Part shown: in pieces, positions 38,801 to 52,300 of the stretch
Layout: each line of letters opens with the position of its first letter
Position numbering within the stretch: position 1 is the stretch's first letter
DNA from: Laetmonice hystrix
Lineage: Eukaryota
Length of the DNA: 64,000 nt
Assembly (NCBI GenBank): GCA_965235115.1
Contig: OZ249440.1
Span: 31,932,001 to 31,996,000, forward strand
Reading direction: 5' to 3'
Notes under the pieces: generated by a model
Database searches by the model: none
Told to the model about the DNA's origin: nothing
The model's input: only the letters and a program-made list of their open reading frames with translations
Made by a program: the position numbers and the translations under genes

Positions 38801-41800
38801 ATGGGGATTGGGAAGAGGGAGGGTGTTGCCTGAGTGGTTAGGGGTAACATCTGAGGGCCAGTCAACCATATCATTGGGATTGGAAAGAGGGGGGAAGGTG
38901 TTGGCTGAGTGGTTAGGGTTAACGTCACATGGCCAGTTAGCCATATTATAGGGGTTCGGAATTCGAGTAATCTTATCATCATTTATGATCATTGTCCTTC
39001 CCCGTGGGGCCCGGGGAACAATAGGCCCCATTCGTTTCATCACCCTGTGGGAGTGAGTGTGGGGAAGGTTTTGGTTGTGTGGTTAGAGGTAATGTCTGAG
39101 AGCCAGACAGCCACAGCATGTGGATTGGGAAGGGGATGAGATGTCGGCTAAGTGTTTGGAGGGAATGTCTGAAGACCAATCAGTCATGTCAGGGATTGGG
39201 AAGGGGGATATAGGATTGGTTGGAGGTAGTAGTATAGAAGAAAAACGAAAAATAGTCCCAAAAAATCAAAAGAAAAAAAAATGAAACAAAAGTTTGTGGG
39301 TAATGGATGTCGCAGTACTTAGATATGTCTGCTGGGTGTTTATATCAAGGTTAATTTGATTTCGCTGTACTGGAGCGTCACTCTGGGTGGTTGGAGGTGG
39401 TAGTATAGAAGAAAAGGGGAAAATACCCAAAAAATCACAAAAGAAAACAATGAAAAAAAGTTTGTGGGTGTTGACCCTTCAGATGAAATATCTGCACTGT
39501 GTCACGACGCCACCCCTGCACACATGTAATTCTTGTCTTGTTGTAACTGAATGACTATAGTAAAAATCAACAATGATGAATTTGGTTGAGTGGTTAGAGG
39601 TAATGTCTTACGGCCAGACAGCCGTATCATGGGGATTAGGAAGAGGGGAAGGTGTTGGCTGAGTCGTTCGGGATAATGTCTAAAGGCCAGTCGGCCATAT
39701 CATGGAAATTGTGAAGGGATGAAGGTGTTGGCTGAGTGTTTCGGGGTAATGTCTGAGGGCCAGTCAGCCATATCATGGGGATTGGGAAGAGGGAGGGTGT
39801 TGGCTGAGTGGTTCGGGGTAATGTCTAAGGGCCAGTCAGCCATATCATGGGGATTGGGAAGAGGGAGGCTGTTGGCTGAGTGGTTCGGGGTAATGTCTGA
39901 GGGACAGTCAGCCATATCATGGGGATTGAGAAGAGGGGGGTGTTGGCTGGGTGGTTCGGGGTAATGTCTGAGGACCAGTCAGCCATATCATGGGGGTTGG
40001 AAAGGGGGAGGGTGGTGGCTGAGTGGTTCCGGGTAATGTCTAAGGGCCAGCCAGCCATATCTTGGGGATTGGGAAGAGGGAGGCTGTTGGCTGAGTGGTT
40101 CGGGGTAATGTCTGAGGGCCAGTCAGCCATATCATGAGGATTGGGAAGAGGGAGGGTGTTGGCTGGGTGGTAAGGGGTAATGTCTGAGGGCCAGTCAGCC
40201 ATATTATGGGGATTGGGAAGAGTGAGGGTGTTGGCTGAGTGGTTCGGGGTAATGACTGAGGGCCAGTCAGCCATATCATTGGGATTGGAAAGAGGGGGGA
40301 AGGTGTTGGCTGAGTGGTTAGGGTTAACGTCACATGGCCAGTTAGCCATATTATAGGGGTTCGGAATTCGAGTAATCTTATCATCATTTATGATCATTGT
40401 CATTCCCCGTGGGGCCCGGGGAACAATAGGCCCCATTCGTTTCATCACCCTGTGGGAGTGAGTGTGGGGAAGGTTTTGGTTGTGTGGTTAGAGGTAATGT
40501 CTGAGAGCCAGACAGCCACAGCATGTGGATTGGGAAGGGGATGAGATGTCGGCTAAGTGTTTGGAGGGAATGTCTGAAGACCAATCAGTCATGTCAGGGA
40601 TTGGGAAGGGGGATATAGGATTGGTTGGAGGTAGTAGTATAGAAGAAAAACGAAAAATAGTCCCAAAAAATCAAAAGAAAAAAAAATGAAACAAAAGTTT
40701 GTGGGTAATGGATGTCGCAGTACTTAGATATGTCTGCTGGGTGTTTATATCAAGGTTAATTTGATTTCGCTGTACTGGAGCGTCACTCTGGGTGGTTGGA
40801 GGTGGTAGTATAGAAGAAAAGGGGAAAATGCCCAAAAAATCACAAAAGAAAACAATGAAAAAAAGTTTGTGGGTGTTGACCCTTCAGATGAAATATCTGC
40901 ACTGTGTCACGACGCCACCCCTGCACACATGTAATTCTTGTCTTGTTGTAACTGAATGACTATAGTAAAAATCAACAATGATGAATTTGGTTGAGTGGTT
41001 AGAGGTAATGTCTTACGGCCAGACAGCCGTATCATGGGGATTAGGAAGAGGGGAAGGTGTTGGCTGAGTCGTTCGGGATAATGTCTAAAGGCCAGTCGGC
41101 CATATCATGGAGATTGTGAAGGGATGAAGGTGTTGGCTGAGTGTTTCAGGGTAATGTCTGAGGGCCAGTCAGCCATATCATGGGGATTGGGAAGAGGGAG
41201 GGTGTTGGCTGAGTGGTTCGGGGTAATGTCTAAGGGCCAGTCAGCCATATCATGGGGATTGGGAAGAGGGAGGCTGTTGGCTGAGTGGTTCGGGGTAATG
41301 TCTGAGGGACAGTCAGCCATATCATGGGGATTGAGAAGAGGGGGGTGTTGGCTGGGTGGTTCGGGGTAATGTCTGAGGACCAGTCAGCCATATCATGGGG
41401 GTTGAAAAGGGGGAGGGTGGTGGCTGAGTGGTTCCGGGTAATGTCTAAGGGCCAGTCAGCCATATCATGGGGATTGGGAAGAGGGAGGGTGTTGGCTGAG
41501 TGGTTCGAGGTAATGTCTAAGGGCCAGCCAGCCATATCTTGGGGATTGGGAAGAGGGAGGCTGTTGGCTGAGTGGTTCGGGGTAATGTCTGAGGGCCAGT
41601 CAGCCATATCATGAGGATTGGGAAGAGGGAGGGTGTTGGCTGGGTGGTAAGGGGTAATGTCTGAGGGCCAGTCAGCCATATTATGGGGATTGGGAAGAGG
41701 GAGGGTGTTGGCTGAGTGGTTCGGGGTAATGACTGAGGGCCAGTCAGCCATATCATGGGGATTGGGAAGAGGGAGGGTGTTGCCTGAGTGGTTAGGGGTA

Positions 41801-44800
41801 ACATCTGAGGGCCAGTCAACCATATCATTGGGATTGGAAAGAGGGGGGAAGGTGTTGGCTGAGTGGTTAGGGTTAACGTCACATGGCCAGTTAGCCATAT
41901 TATAGGGGTTCGGAATTCGAGTCATCTTATCATCATTTATGATCATTGTCATTCCCCGTGGGGCCCGGGGAACAATAGGCCCCATTCGTTTCATCACCCT
42001 GTGGGAGTGAGTGTGGGGAAGGTTTTGGTTGTGTGGTTAGAGGTAATGTCTGAGAGCCAGACAGCCACAGCATGTGGATTGGGAAGGGGATGAGATGTCG
42101 GCTAAGTGTTTGGAGGGAATGTCTGAAGACCAATCAGTCATGTCAGGGATTGGGAAGGGGGATATAGGATTGGTTGGAGGTAGTAGTATAGAAGAAAAAC
42201 GAAAAATAGTCCCAAAAAATCAAAAGAAAAAAAAATGAAACAAAAGTTTGTGGGTAATGGATGTCGCAGTACTGAGATATGTCTGCTGGGTGTTTATATC
42301 AAGGTTAATTTGATTTCGCTGTACTGGAGCGTCACTCTGGGTGGTTGGAGGTGGTAGTATAGAAGAAAAGGGGAAAATACCCAAAAAATCACAAAAGAAA
42401 ACAATGAAAAAAAGTTTGTGGGTGTTGACCCTTCAGATGAAATATCTGCACTGTGTCACGACGCCACCCCTGCACACATGTAATTCTTGTCTTGTTGTAA
42501 CTGAATGACTATAGTAAAAATCAACAATGATGAATTTGGTTGAGTGGTTAGAGGTAATGTCTTAGGGCCAGACAGCCGTGTCATGGGGATTAGGAAGAGG
42601 GGAAGGTGTTGGCTGAGTCGTTCGGGATAATGTCTTAAGGTCAGTCGGCCATATCATGGAGATTGTGAAGGGATAAAGTTGTTGGCTGAGTGGTTCGGGG
42701 TAATGTCTCAGGGACAGTCAGCCATATCATGAGGATTGGAAAGAGGGAGGGTGTTGGCCGAGTGGTTCGGGGTAATGTCTGAGGGCCAGTCAGCCATATT
42801 ATGGGGATTGGGAAGAGGGAGGGTGTTGGCTGAGTGGTTCGGGGTAATGTCTGAGGGACAGTCAGCCATATCATGGGAATTGGAAAGAGGGAGGGTGTTG
42901 GCTGAGTGGTTCGGGGTAATGTCTCAGGGACAGTCAGCCATATCATGGGGATTGGGAAGAGGGAGGGTGTTGGCTGGGTGTTTCGGGGTAATGTCTGAGG
43001 GCCAGTCAGCCATATTATGGGGATTGGGAAGGGGGAGGGTGTTGGCTGAGTGGTTTGGGGTAATGTCTGATGGCCAATCAGCCATATCATGGGGATTGGG
43101 AAGAGGGAGGATGTTGGCTGAGTGGTTCGGGGTAATGTCTGAGGGCCAGTCAGCCATATCATGGGGATTGGGAAGAGGGAGGGTGTTGGCTGAGTGGTTC
43201 GGGGTAAAGTCTGAGGGCCAGTCAGCCATATCATGGGGATTGGGAAGAGGGAGGGTGTTGGCTGAGTGGTTCGGGGTAATGGCTAAGGGACAGTCAGCCA
43301 TATCATGGGGATTGGGAAGAGGGAGGGTGTTGGCTGGGTGGTTCGGGGTAATGTCTGAGGGCCAGTCAGCCATATCATGGGGATTGGGAAGAGGGAGGAT
43401 GTTGGCTGGGTGGTTCGGGGTAAAGTCTGAGGGCCAGTCAGCCATATCATGGGGATTGGGAAGAGGGAGGGTGTTGGCTGAGTGGTTCGGGGTAATGGCT
43501 GAGGGACAGTCAGCCATATCATGGGGATTGGGAAGAGGGAGGGTGTTGGCTGGGTGGTTCGGGTTAATGTCTGAGGGCCAGTCAGCCATATCATGGGGAT
43601 TGGGAAGGGGAAGGGTGTTGGCTGAGTGGTTCGGGGTAATGTCTGAGGGCCAATCAGCCATATCATGGGGATTGGGAAGGGGGAGGGTGTTGGCTGAGTG
43701 GTTCGGGATAATGTCTGAGGGCCAGTCAGCCATATCATGAGGATTGGGAAGAGGGAGGGTGTTGGCTGAGTGGTTCGGGGTAATGTCTGAGGGCCCGTCA
43801 GCCATATCATGGGGATTGGGAAGAGGGAGGGTGTTGGCTGAGTGGTTCGGGGTAATCTCTAAGGGCCAGTCAGCCATATCATGGGGATTGCGTAGAGGGA
43901 GGGTGTTGGCTGAGTGGTTGGGAGTAATGTCTGAGGGTCAGTCAGCCATATCATGGGGATTGGGAAGAGGGAGGGTGTTGGCTGGGTGGTAAGGGGTAAT
44001 GTCTGAGGGCCAGTCAGCCATATTATGGGGATTGGGAAGAGGGAGGGTGTTGGCTGAGTGGTTCGGGGTAATGACTGAGGGCCAGTCAGCCATATCATGG
44101 GGATTGGGAAGAGGGAGGGTGTTGCCTGAGTGGTTAGGGGTAACATCTGAGGGCCAGTCAACCATATCATTGGGATTGGAAAGAGGGGGGAAGGTGTTGG
44201 CTGAGTGGTTAGGGTTAACGTCACATGGCCAGTTAGCCATATTATAGGGGTTCGGAATTCGAGTCATCTTATCATCATTTATGATCATTGTCATTCCCCG
44301 TGGGGCCCGGGGAACAATAGGCCCCATTCGTTTCATCACCCTGTGGGAGTGAGTGTGGGGAAGGTGTTGGTTGTGTGGTTAGAGGTAATGTCTGAGGGCC
44401 AGACAGCCACAGCATGTGGATTGGGAAGGGGATGAGATGTCGGCTAAGTGTTTGGAGGGAATGTCTGAAGACCAATTAGTCATGTCAGGGATTGGGAAGG
44501 GGGTATAGGATTGGTTGTAGGTGGTAGTATAGAAGAAAAACGAAAATAGCCCTAAAAAATCAAAAGAGAAAAAAATGAAACAAAAGTTTGTGGGTAATGG
44601 ATGTCGCAGTACTGAGATATGTCTGCTAGGTGTTTATATCAAGGTTAATTTGATTTCGCTGTACTGGAGCGTCACTCTGGGTGGTTGGAGGTGGTAGTAT
44701 AGAAGAAAAGGGGAAAAATACCCAAAAAATCACAAAAGAAAACAATGAAAAAAAGTTTGTGGGTGTTGACCCTTCAGATGAAATATCTGCACTGTGTTAC

Positions 44801-47800
44801 GACGCCACCCCTGCACACATGTAATTCTTGTCTTGTTGTAACTGAATGACTGTAGTAAAAATCAACAATGATGAATTTGGTTGAGTGGTTAGAGGTAATG
44901 TCTTACGGCCAGACAGCCGTATCATGGGGATTAGGAAGAGGGGAAGGTGTTGGCTGAGTCGTTCGGGATAATGTCTAAAGGCCAGTCGGCCATATCATGG
45001 AGATTGTGAAGGGATGAAGGTGTTGGCTGAGTGTTTCGGGGTAATGTCTGAGGGCCAGTCAGCCATATCATGGGGATTGGGAAGAGGGAGGGTGTTGGCT
45101 GAGTGGTTCGGGGTAATGTCTAAGGGCCAGTCAGCCATATCATGGGGATTGGGAAGAGGGAGGCTGTTGGCTGAGTGGTTCGGGGTAATGTCTGAGGGAC
45201 AGTCAGCCATATCATGGGGATTGAGAAGAGGGGGGTGTTGGCTGGGTGGTTCGGGGTAATGTCTGAGGACCAGTCAACCATATCATGGGGGTTGGAAAGG
45301 GGGAGGGTGGTGGCTGAGTGGTTCCGGGTAATGTCTAAGGGCCAGTCAGCCATATCATGGGGATTGGGAAGAGGGAGGGTGTTGGCTGAGTGGTTCGAGG
45401 TAATGTCTAAGGGCCAGCCAGCCATATCTTGGGGATTGGGAAGAGGGAGGCTGTTGGCTGAGTGGTTCGGGGTAATGTCTGAGGGCCAGTCAGCCATATC
45501 ATGAGGATTGGGAAGAGGGAGGGTGTTGGCTGGGTGGTAAGGGGTAATGTCTGAGGGCCAGTCAGCCATATTATGGGGATTGGGAAGAGGGAGGGTGTTG
45601 GCTGAGTGGTTCGGGGTAATGACTGAGGGCCAGTCAGCCATATCATGGGGATTGGGAAGAGGGAGGGTGTTGCCTGAGTGGTTAGGGGTAACATCTGAGG
45701 GCCAGTCAACCATATCATTGGGATTGGAAAGAGGGGGGAAGGTGTTGGCTGAGTGGTTAGGGTTAACGTCACCTGGCCAGTTAGCCATATTATAGGGGTT
45801 CGGAATTCGAGTCATCTTATCATCATTTATGATCATTGTCATTCCCCGTGGGGCCCGGGGAACAATAGGCCCCATTCGCTTCATCACCCTGTGGGAGTGA
45901 GTGTGGGGAAGGTTTTGGTTGTGTGGTTAGAGGTAATGTCTGAGAGCCAGACAGCCACAGCATGTGGATTGGGAAGGGGATGAGATGTCGGCTAAGTGTT
46001 TGGAGGGAATGTCTGAAGACCAATCAGTCATGTCAGGGATTGGGAAGGGGGATATAGGATTGGTTGGAGGTAGTAGTATAGAAGAAAAACGAAAAATAGT
46101 CCCAAAAAATCAAAAGAAAAAAAAATGAAACAAAAGTTTGTGGGTAATGGATGTCGCAGTACTTAGATATGTCTGCTGGGTGTTTATATCAAGGTTAATT
46201 TGATTTCGCTGTATTGGAGCGTCACTCTGGGTGGTTGGAGGTGGTAGTATAGAAGAAAAGGGGAAAATACCCAAAAAATCACAAAAGAAAACAATGAAAA
46301 AAAGTTTGTGGGTGTTGACCCTTCAGATGAAATATCTGCACTGTGTCACGACGCCACCCCTGCACACATGTAATTCTTGTCTTGTTGTAACTGAATGACT
46401 ATAGTAAAAATCAACAATGATGAATTTGGTTAAGTGGTTAGAGGTAATGTCTTACGGCCAGACAGCCGTATCATGGGGATTAGGAAGAGGGGAAGGTGTT
46501 GGCTGAGTCGTTCGGGATAATGTCTAAAGGCCAGTCGGCCATATCATGGAGATTGTGAAGGGATGAAGGTGTTGGCTGAGTGTTTCGGGGTAATGTCTGA
46601 GGGCCAGTCAGCCATATCATGGGGATTGGGAAGAGGGAGGGTGTTGGCTGAGTGGTTCGGGGTAATGTCTGAGGGACAGTCAGCCATATCATGGGGATTG
46701 AGAAGAGGGGGGTGTTGGCTGGGTGGTTCGGGGTAATGTCTGAGGACCAGTCAGCCATATCATGGGGGTTGGAAAGGGGGAGGGTGGTGGCTGAGTGGTT
46801 CCGGGTAATGTCTAAGGGCCAGTCAGCCATATCATGGGGATTGGAAAGAGGGAGGGTGTTGGCTGAGTGGTTCGAGGTAATGTCTAAGGGCCAGCCAGCC
46901 ATATCTTGGGGATTGGGAAGAGGGAGGCTGTTGGCTGAGTGGTTCGGGGTAATGTCTGAGGGCCAGTCAGCCATATCATGAGGATTGGGAAGAGGGAGGG
47001 TGTTGGCTGGGTGGTAAGGGGTAATGTCTGAGGGCCAGTCAGCCATATTATGGGGATTGGGAAGAGTGAGGGTGTTGGCTGAGTGGTTCGGGGTAATGAC
47101 TGAGGGCCAGTCAGCCATATCATGGGGATTGGGAAGAGGGAGGGTGTTGCCTGAGTGGTTAGGGGTAACATCTGAGGGCCAGTCAACCATATCATTGGGA
47201 TTGGAAAGAGGGGGGAAGGTGTTGGCTGAGTGGTTAGGGTTAACGTCACATGGCCAGTTAGCCATATTATAGGGGTTCGGAATTCGAGTAATCTTATCAT
47301 CATTTATGATCATTGTCATTCCCCGTGGGGCCCGGGGAACAATAGGCCCCATTCGTTTCATCACCCTGTGGGAGTGAGTGTGGGGAAGGTTTTGGTTGTG
47401 TGGTTAGAGGTAATGTCTGAGAGCCAGACAGCCACAGCATGTGGATTGGGAAGGGGATGAGATGTCGGCTAAGTGTTTGGAGGGAATGTCTGAAGACCAA
47501 TCAGTCATGTCAGGGATTGGGAAGGGGGATATAGGATTGGTTGGAGGTAGTAGTATAGAAGAAAAACGAAAAATAGTCCCAAAAAATCAAAAGAAAAAAA
47601 AATGAAACAAAAGTTTGTGGGTAATGGATGTCGCAGTACTTAGATATGTCTGCTGGGTGTTTATATCAAGGTTAATTTGATTTCGCTGTACTGGAGCGTC
47701 ACTCTGGGTGGTTGGAGGTGGTAGTATAGAAGAAACGGGGAAAATACCCAAAAAATCACAAAAGAAAACAATGAAAAAAAGTTTGTGGGTGTTGAACCTT

Positions 47801-49301
47801 CAGATGAAATATCTGCACTGTGTCACGACGCCACCCCTGCACACATGTAATTCTTGTCTTGTTGTAACTGAATGACTATAGTAAAAATCAACAATGATGA
47901 ATTTGGTTGAGTGGTTAGAGGTAATGTCTTACGGCCAGACAGCCGTATCATGGGGATTAGGAAGAGGGGAAGGTGTTGGCTGAGTCGTTCGGGATAATGT
48001 CTAAAGGCCAGTCGGCCATATCATGGAAATTGTGAAGGGATGAAGGTGTTGGCTGAGTGTTTCGGGGTAATGTCTGAGGGCCAGTCAGCCATATCATGGG
48101 GATTGGGAAGAGGGAGGGTGTTGGCTGAGTGGTTCGGGGTAATGTCTAAGGGCCAGTCAGCCATATCATGGGGATTGGGAAGAGGGAGGCTGTTGGCTGA
48201 GTGGTTCGGGGTAATGTCTGAGGGACAGTCGGCCATATCATGGAGATTGTGAAGGGATGAAGGTGTTGGCTGAGTGTTTCGGGGTAATGTCTGAGGGCCA
48301 GTCAGCCATATCATGAGGATTGGGAAGAGGGAGGGTGTTGGCTGAGTGGTTCGGGGTAATGTCTGAGGGCCAGTCAGCCATATCATGGGGATTGGGAAGA
48401 GGGAGGGTGTTGGCTGGGTGGTAAGGGGTAATGTCTGAGGGCCAGTCAGCCATATTATGGGGATTGGGAAGAGGGAGGGTGTTGGCTGAGTGGTTCGGGG
48501 TAATGACTGAGGGCCAGTCAGCCATATCATGGGGATTGGGAAGAGGGAGGGTGTTGCCTGAGTGGTTAGGGGTAACATCTGAGGGCCAGTCAACCATATC
48601 ATTGGGATTGGAAAGAGGGGGGAAGGTGTTGGCTGAGTGGTTAGGGTTAACGTCACATGGCCAGTTAGCCATATTATAGGGGTTCGGAATTCGAGTCATC
48701 TTATCATCATTTATGATCATTGTCATTCCCCGTGGGGCCCGGGGAACAATAGGCCCCATTCGTTTCATCACCCTGTGGGAGTGAGTGTGGGGAAGGTTTT
48801 GGTTGTGTGGTTAGAGGTAATGTCTGAGAGCTAGACAGCCACAGCATGTGGATTGGGAAGGGGATGAGATGTCGGCTAAGTGTTTGGAGGGAATGTCTGA
48901 AGACCAATCAGTCATGTCAGGGATTGGGAAGGGGGATATAGGATTGGTTGGAGGTAGTAGTATAGAAGAAAAACGAAAAATAGTCCCAAAAAATCAAAAG
49001 AAAAAAAAATGAAACAAAAGTTTGTGGGTAATGGATGTCGCAGTACTTAGATATGTCTGCTGGGTGTTTATATCAAGGTTAATTTGATTTCGCTGTACTG
49101 GAGCGTCACTCTGGGTGGTTGGAGGTGGTAGTATAGAAGAAAAGGGGAAAATACCCAAAAAATCACAAAAGAAAACAATGAAAAAAAGTTTGTGGGTGTT
49201 GACCCTTCAGATGAAATATCTGCACTGTGTCACGACGCCACCCCTGCACACATGTAATTCTTGTCTTGTTGTAACTGAATGACTATAGTAAAAATCAACA
49301 A

Positions 49302-52300
49302 TGATGAATTTGGTTGAGTGGTTAGAGGTAATGTCTTAGGGCCAGACAGCCGTGTCATGGGGATTACGAAGAGGGGAAGGTGTTGGCTGAGTCGTTCGGG
49401 ATAATGTCTTAAGGTCAGTCGGCCATATCATGGAGATTGTGAAGGGATAAAGTTGTTGGCTGAGTGGTTCGGGGTAATGTCTGAGGGCCAGTCAGCCATA
49501 TCATGAGGATTGGGAAGGGGGAGGGTGTTGGCTGAGTGGTTCGGGGTAATGTCTCAGGGACAGTCAGCCATATCATGAGGATTGGAAAGAGGGAGGGTGT
49601 TGGCCGAGTGGTTCGGCGTAATGTCTGAGGGCCAGTCAGCCATATTATGGGGATTGGGAAGAGGGAGGGTGTTGGCTGAGTGGTTCGGGGTAATGTCTGA
49701 GGGACAGTCAGCCATATCATGGGGATTGGAAAGAGGGAGGGTGTTGGCTGAGTGGTTCGGGGTAATGTCTCAGGGACAGTCAGCCATATCATGGGGATTG
49801 GAAAGAGGGAGGGTGTTGGCTGGGTGTTTAGGGGTAAGGTCTGAGGGCCAGTCAGCCATATTATGGGGATTGGGAAGGGGGAGGGTGTTGGCTGAGTGGT
49901 TTGGGGTAATGTCTGATGACCAATCAGCCATATCATGGAGATTGGGAAGAGGGAGGATGTTGGCTGAGTGGTTCGGGGTAATGTCTGAGGGCCAGTCAGC
50001 CATATCATGGGGATTGGGAAGAGGGAGGGTGTTGGCTGAGTGGTTCGGGGTAAAGTCTGAGGGCCAGTCAGCCATATTATGGGGATTGGGAAGAGGGAGG
50101 GTGTTGGCTGAGTGGTTCGGGGTAATAGCTGAGGGACAGTCAGCCATATTATGGGGATTGGGAAGAGGGAGGGTGTTGGCTGGGTGGTTCGGGGTAATGT
50201 CTGAGGGCCAGTCAGCCATATCATGGGGATTGGGAAGGGGAAGGGTGTTGGCTGAGTGGTTCGGGGTAATGTCTGAGGGCCAATCAGCCATATCATGGGG
50301 ATTGGGAAGGGGGAGGGTGTTGGCTGAGTGGTTCGGGATAATGTCTGAGGGCCAGTCAGCCATATCATGAGGATTGGGAAGAGGGAGGGTGTTGGCTGAG
50401 TGGTTCGGGGTAATGTCTGAGGGCCCGTCAGCCATATCATGGGGATTGGGAAGAGGGAGGGTGTTGGCTGAGTGGTTCGGGGTAATGTCTAAGGGCCAGT
50501 CAGCCATATCATGGGGATTGCGTAGAGGCAGGGTGTTGGCTGAGTGGTTGGGAGTAATGTCTGAGGGTCAGTCAGCCATATCATGGGGATTGGGAAGAGG
50601 GAGGGTGTTGTCTGAGTGGTTAGGGATAACATCTGAGGGCCACTCAACCATATCATTGGGATTGGAAAGAGGGGGGAAGGTGTTGGCTGAGTGGTTAGGC
50701 TTAACGTCACATGGCCAGTTAGCCATATTATAGGGGTTTGGAATTCGAGTCATCTTATCATCATTTATGATCATTGTCATTCCCCGTGGGGCCCGGGGAA
50801 CAATAGGCCCCATTCGTTTCATCACCCTGTGGGAGTGAGTGTGGGGAAGGTGTTAGTTGTCTGGTTAGAGGTAATGTCTGAGGGCCAGACAGCCACAGCA
50901 TGTGGATTGGGAAGGGGATGAGATGTCGGCTAAGTGTTTGGAGGGAATGTCTGAAGACCAATTAGTCATGTCAGGGATTGGGAAGGGCGTATAGGATTGG
51001 TTGGAGGTGGTAGTATAGAAAAAAAAAACGAAAAATAGCCCAAAAAAATTAAAAGAGAAAAAAATGAAACAAAAGTTTGTGGGTAATGGATGTCGCAGTA
51101 CTGAGATATGTCTGCTGGGTGTTTATATCAAGGTTAATTTGACTTCGCTGTACTGGAGCGTCACTCTGGGTGGTTGGAGGTGGTAGTATAGAAGAAAAGG
51201 GGAAACATACCCAAAATATCACAAAAGAAAACAATGAAAAAAAGTTTGTTGGTGTTGACCCTTCAGATGAAATATCTGCACTGTGTTACGACGCCACCCC
51301 TGCACACATGTAATTCTTGTCTTGTTGTAACTGAATGACTGTAGTAAAAATCAACAATGATGAATTTGGTTGAGTGGTTAGAGGTAATGTCTTAGGGCCA
51401 GTCGGCCATATCATGGAGATTGTGAAGGGATGAAGGTGTTGGCTGAGTCGTTCGGGATAATGTCTAAAGGCCAGTCGGCCATATCATGGAGATTGTGAAG
51501 GGATGAAGGTGTTGGCTGAGTGTTTCGGGGTAATGTCTGAGGGCCAGTCAGCCATATCATGGGGATTGGGAAGAGGGAGGGTGTTGGCTGAGTGGTTCGG
51601 GGTAATGTCTAAGGGCCAGTCAGCCATATCATGGGGATTGGGAAGAGGGAGGCTGTTGGCTGAGTGGTTTGGGGTAATGTCTGAGGGACAGTCAGCCATA
51701 TCATGGGGATTGAGAAGAGGGGGGTGGTGGCTGCGTGGTTCGGGGTAATGTCTGAGGGCCAGTCAGCCATATCATGGGGATTGCGTAGAGGGAGGGTGTT
51801 GGCTGAGTGGTTCGGGGTAATGTCTGAGGGCCAGTCAGCCATATCATGGGGATTGGGAAGAGGGAGGGTGTTGGCTGAGTGGTTAGGGGTAACATCTGAG
51901 GGCCAGTCAACCATATCATTGGGATTGGAAAGAGGGGGGAATGTGTTGGCTGAGTGGTTCGGGTTAATGTCACATGGCCAGTTAGCCATATTATAGGGGT
52001 TCGGAATTCGAGTCATCTTATCATCATTTATGATCATTGTCATTCCCCGTGGGGCCCGGGGAACAATAGGCCCCATTCGTTACATCACCCTGTGGGAGTG
52101 AGTGTGGGGAAGGTTTTGGTTGTGTGGTTAGAGGTAATGTCTGAGAGCCAGACAGCCACAGCATGTGGATTGGGAAGGGGATGAGATGTCGGCTAAGTGT
52201 TTGGAGGGAATGTCTGAAGACCAATCAGTCATGTCAGGGATTGGGAAGGGGGATATAGGATTGGTTGGAGGTAGTATTATAGAGGAAAAACGAAAAATAG

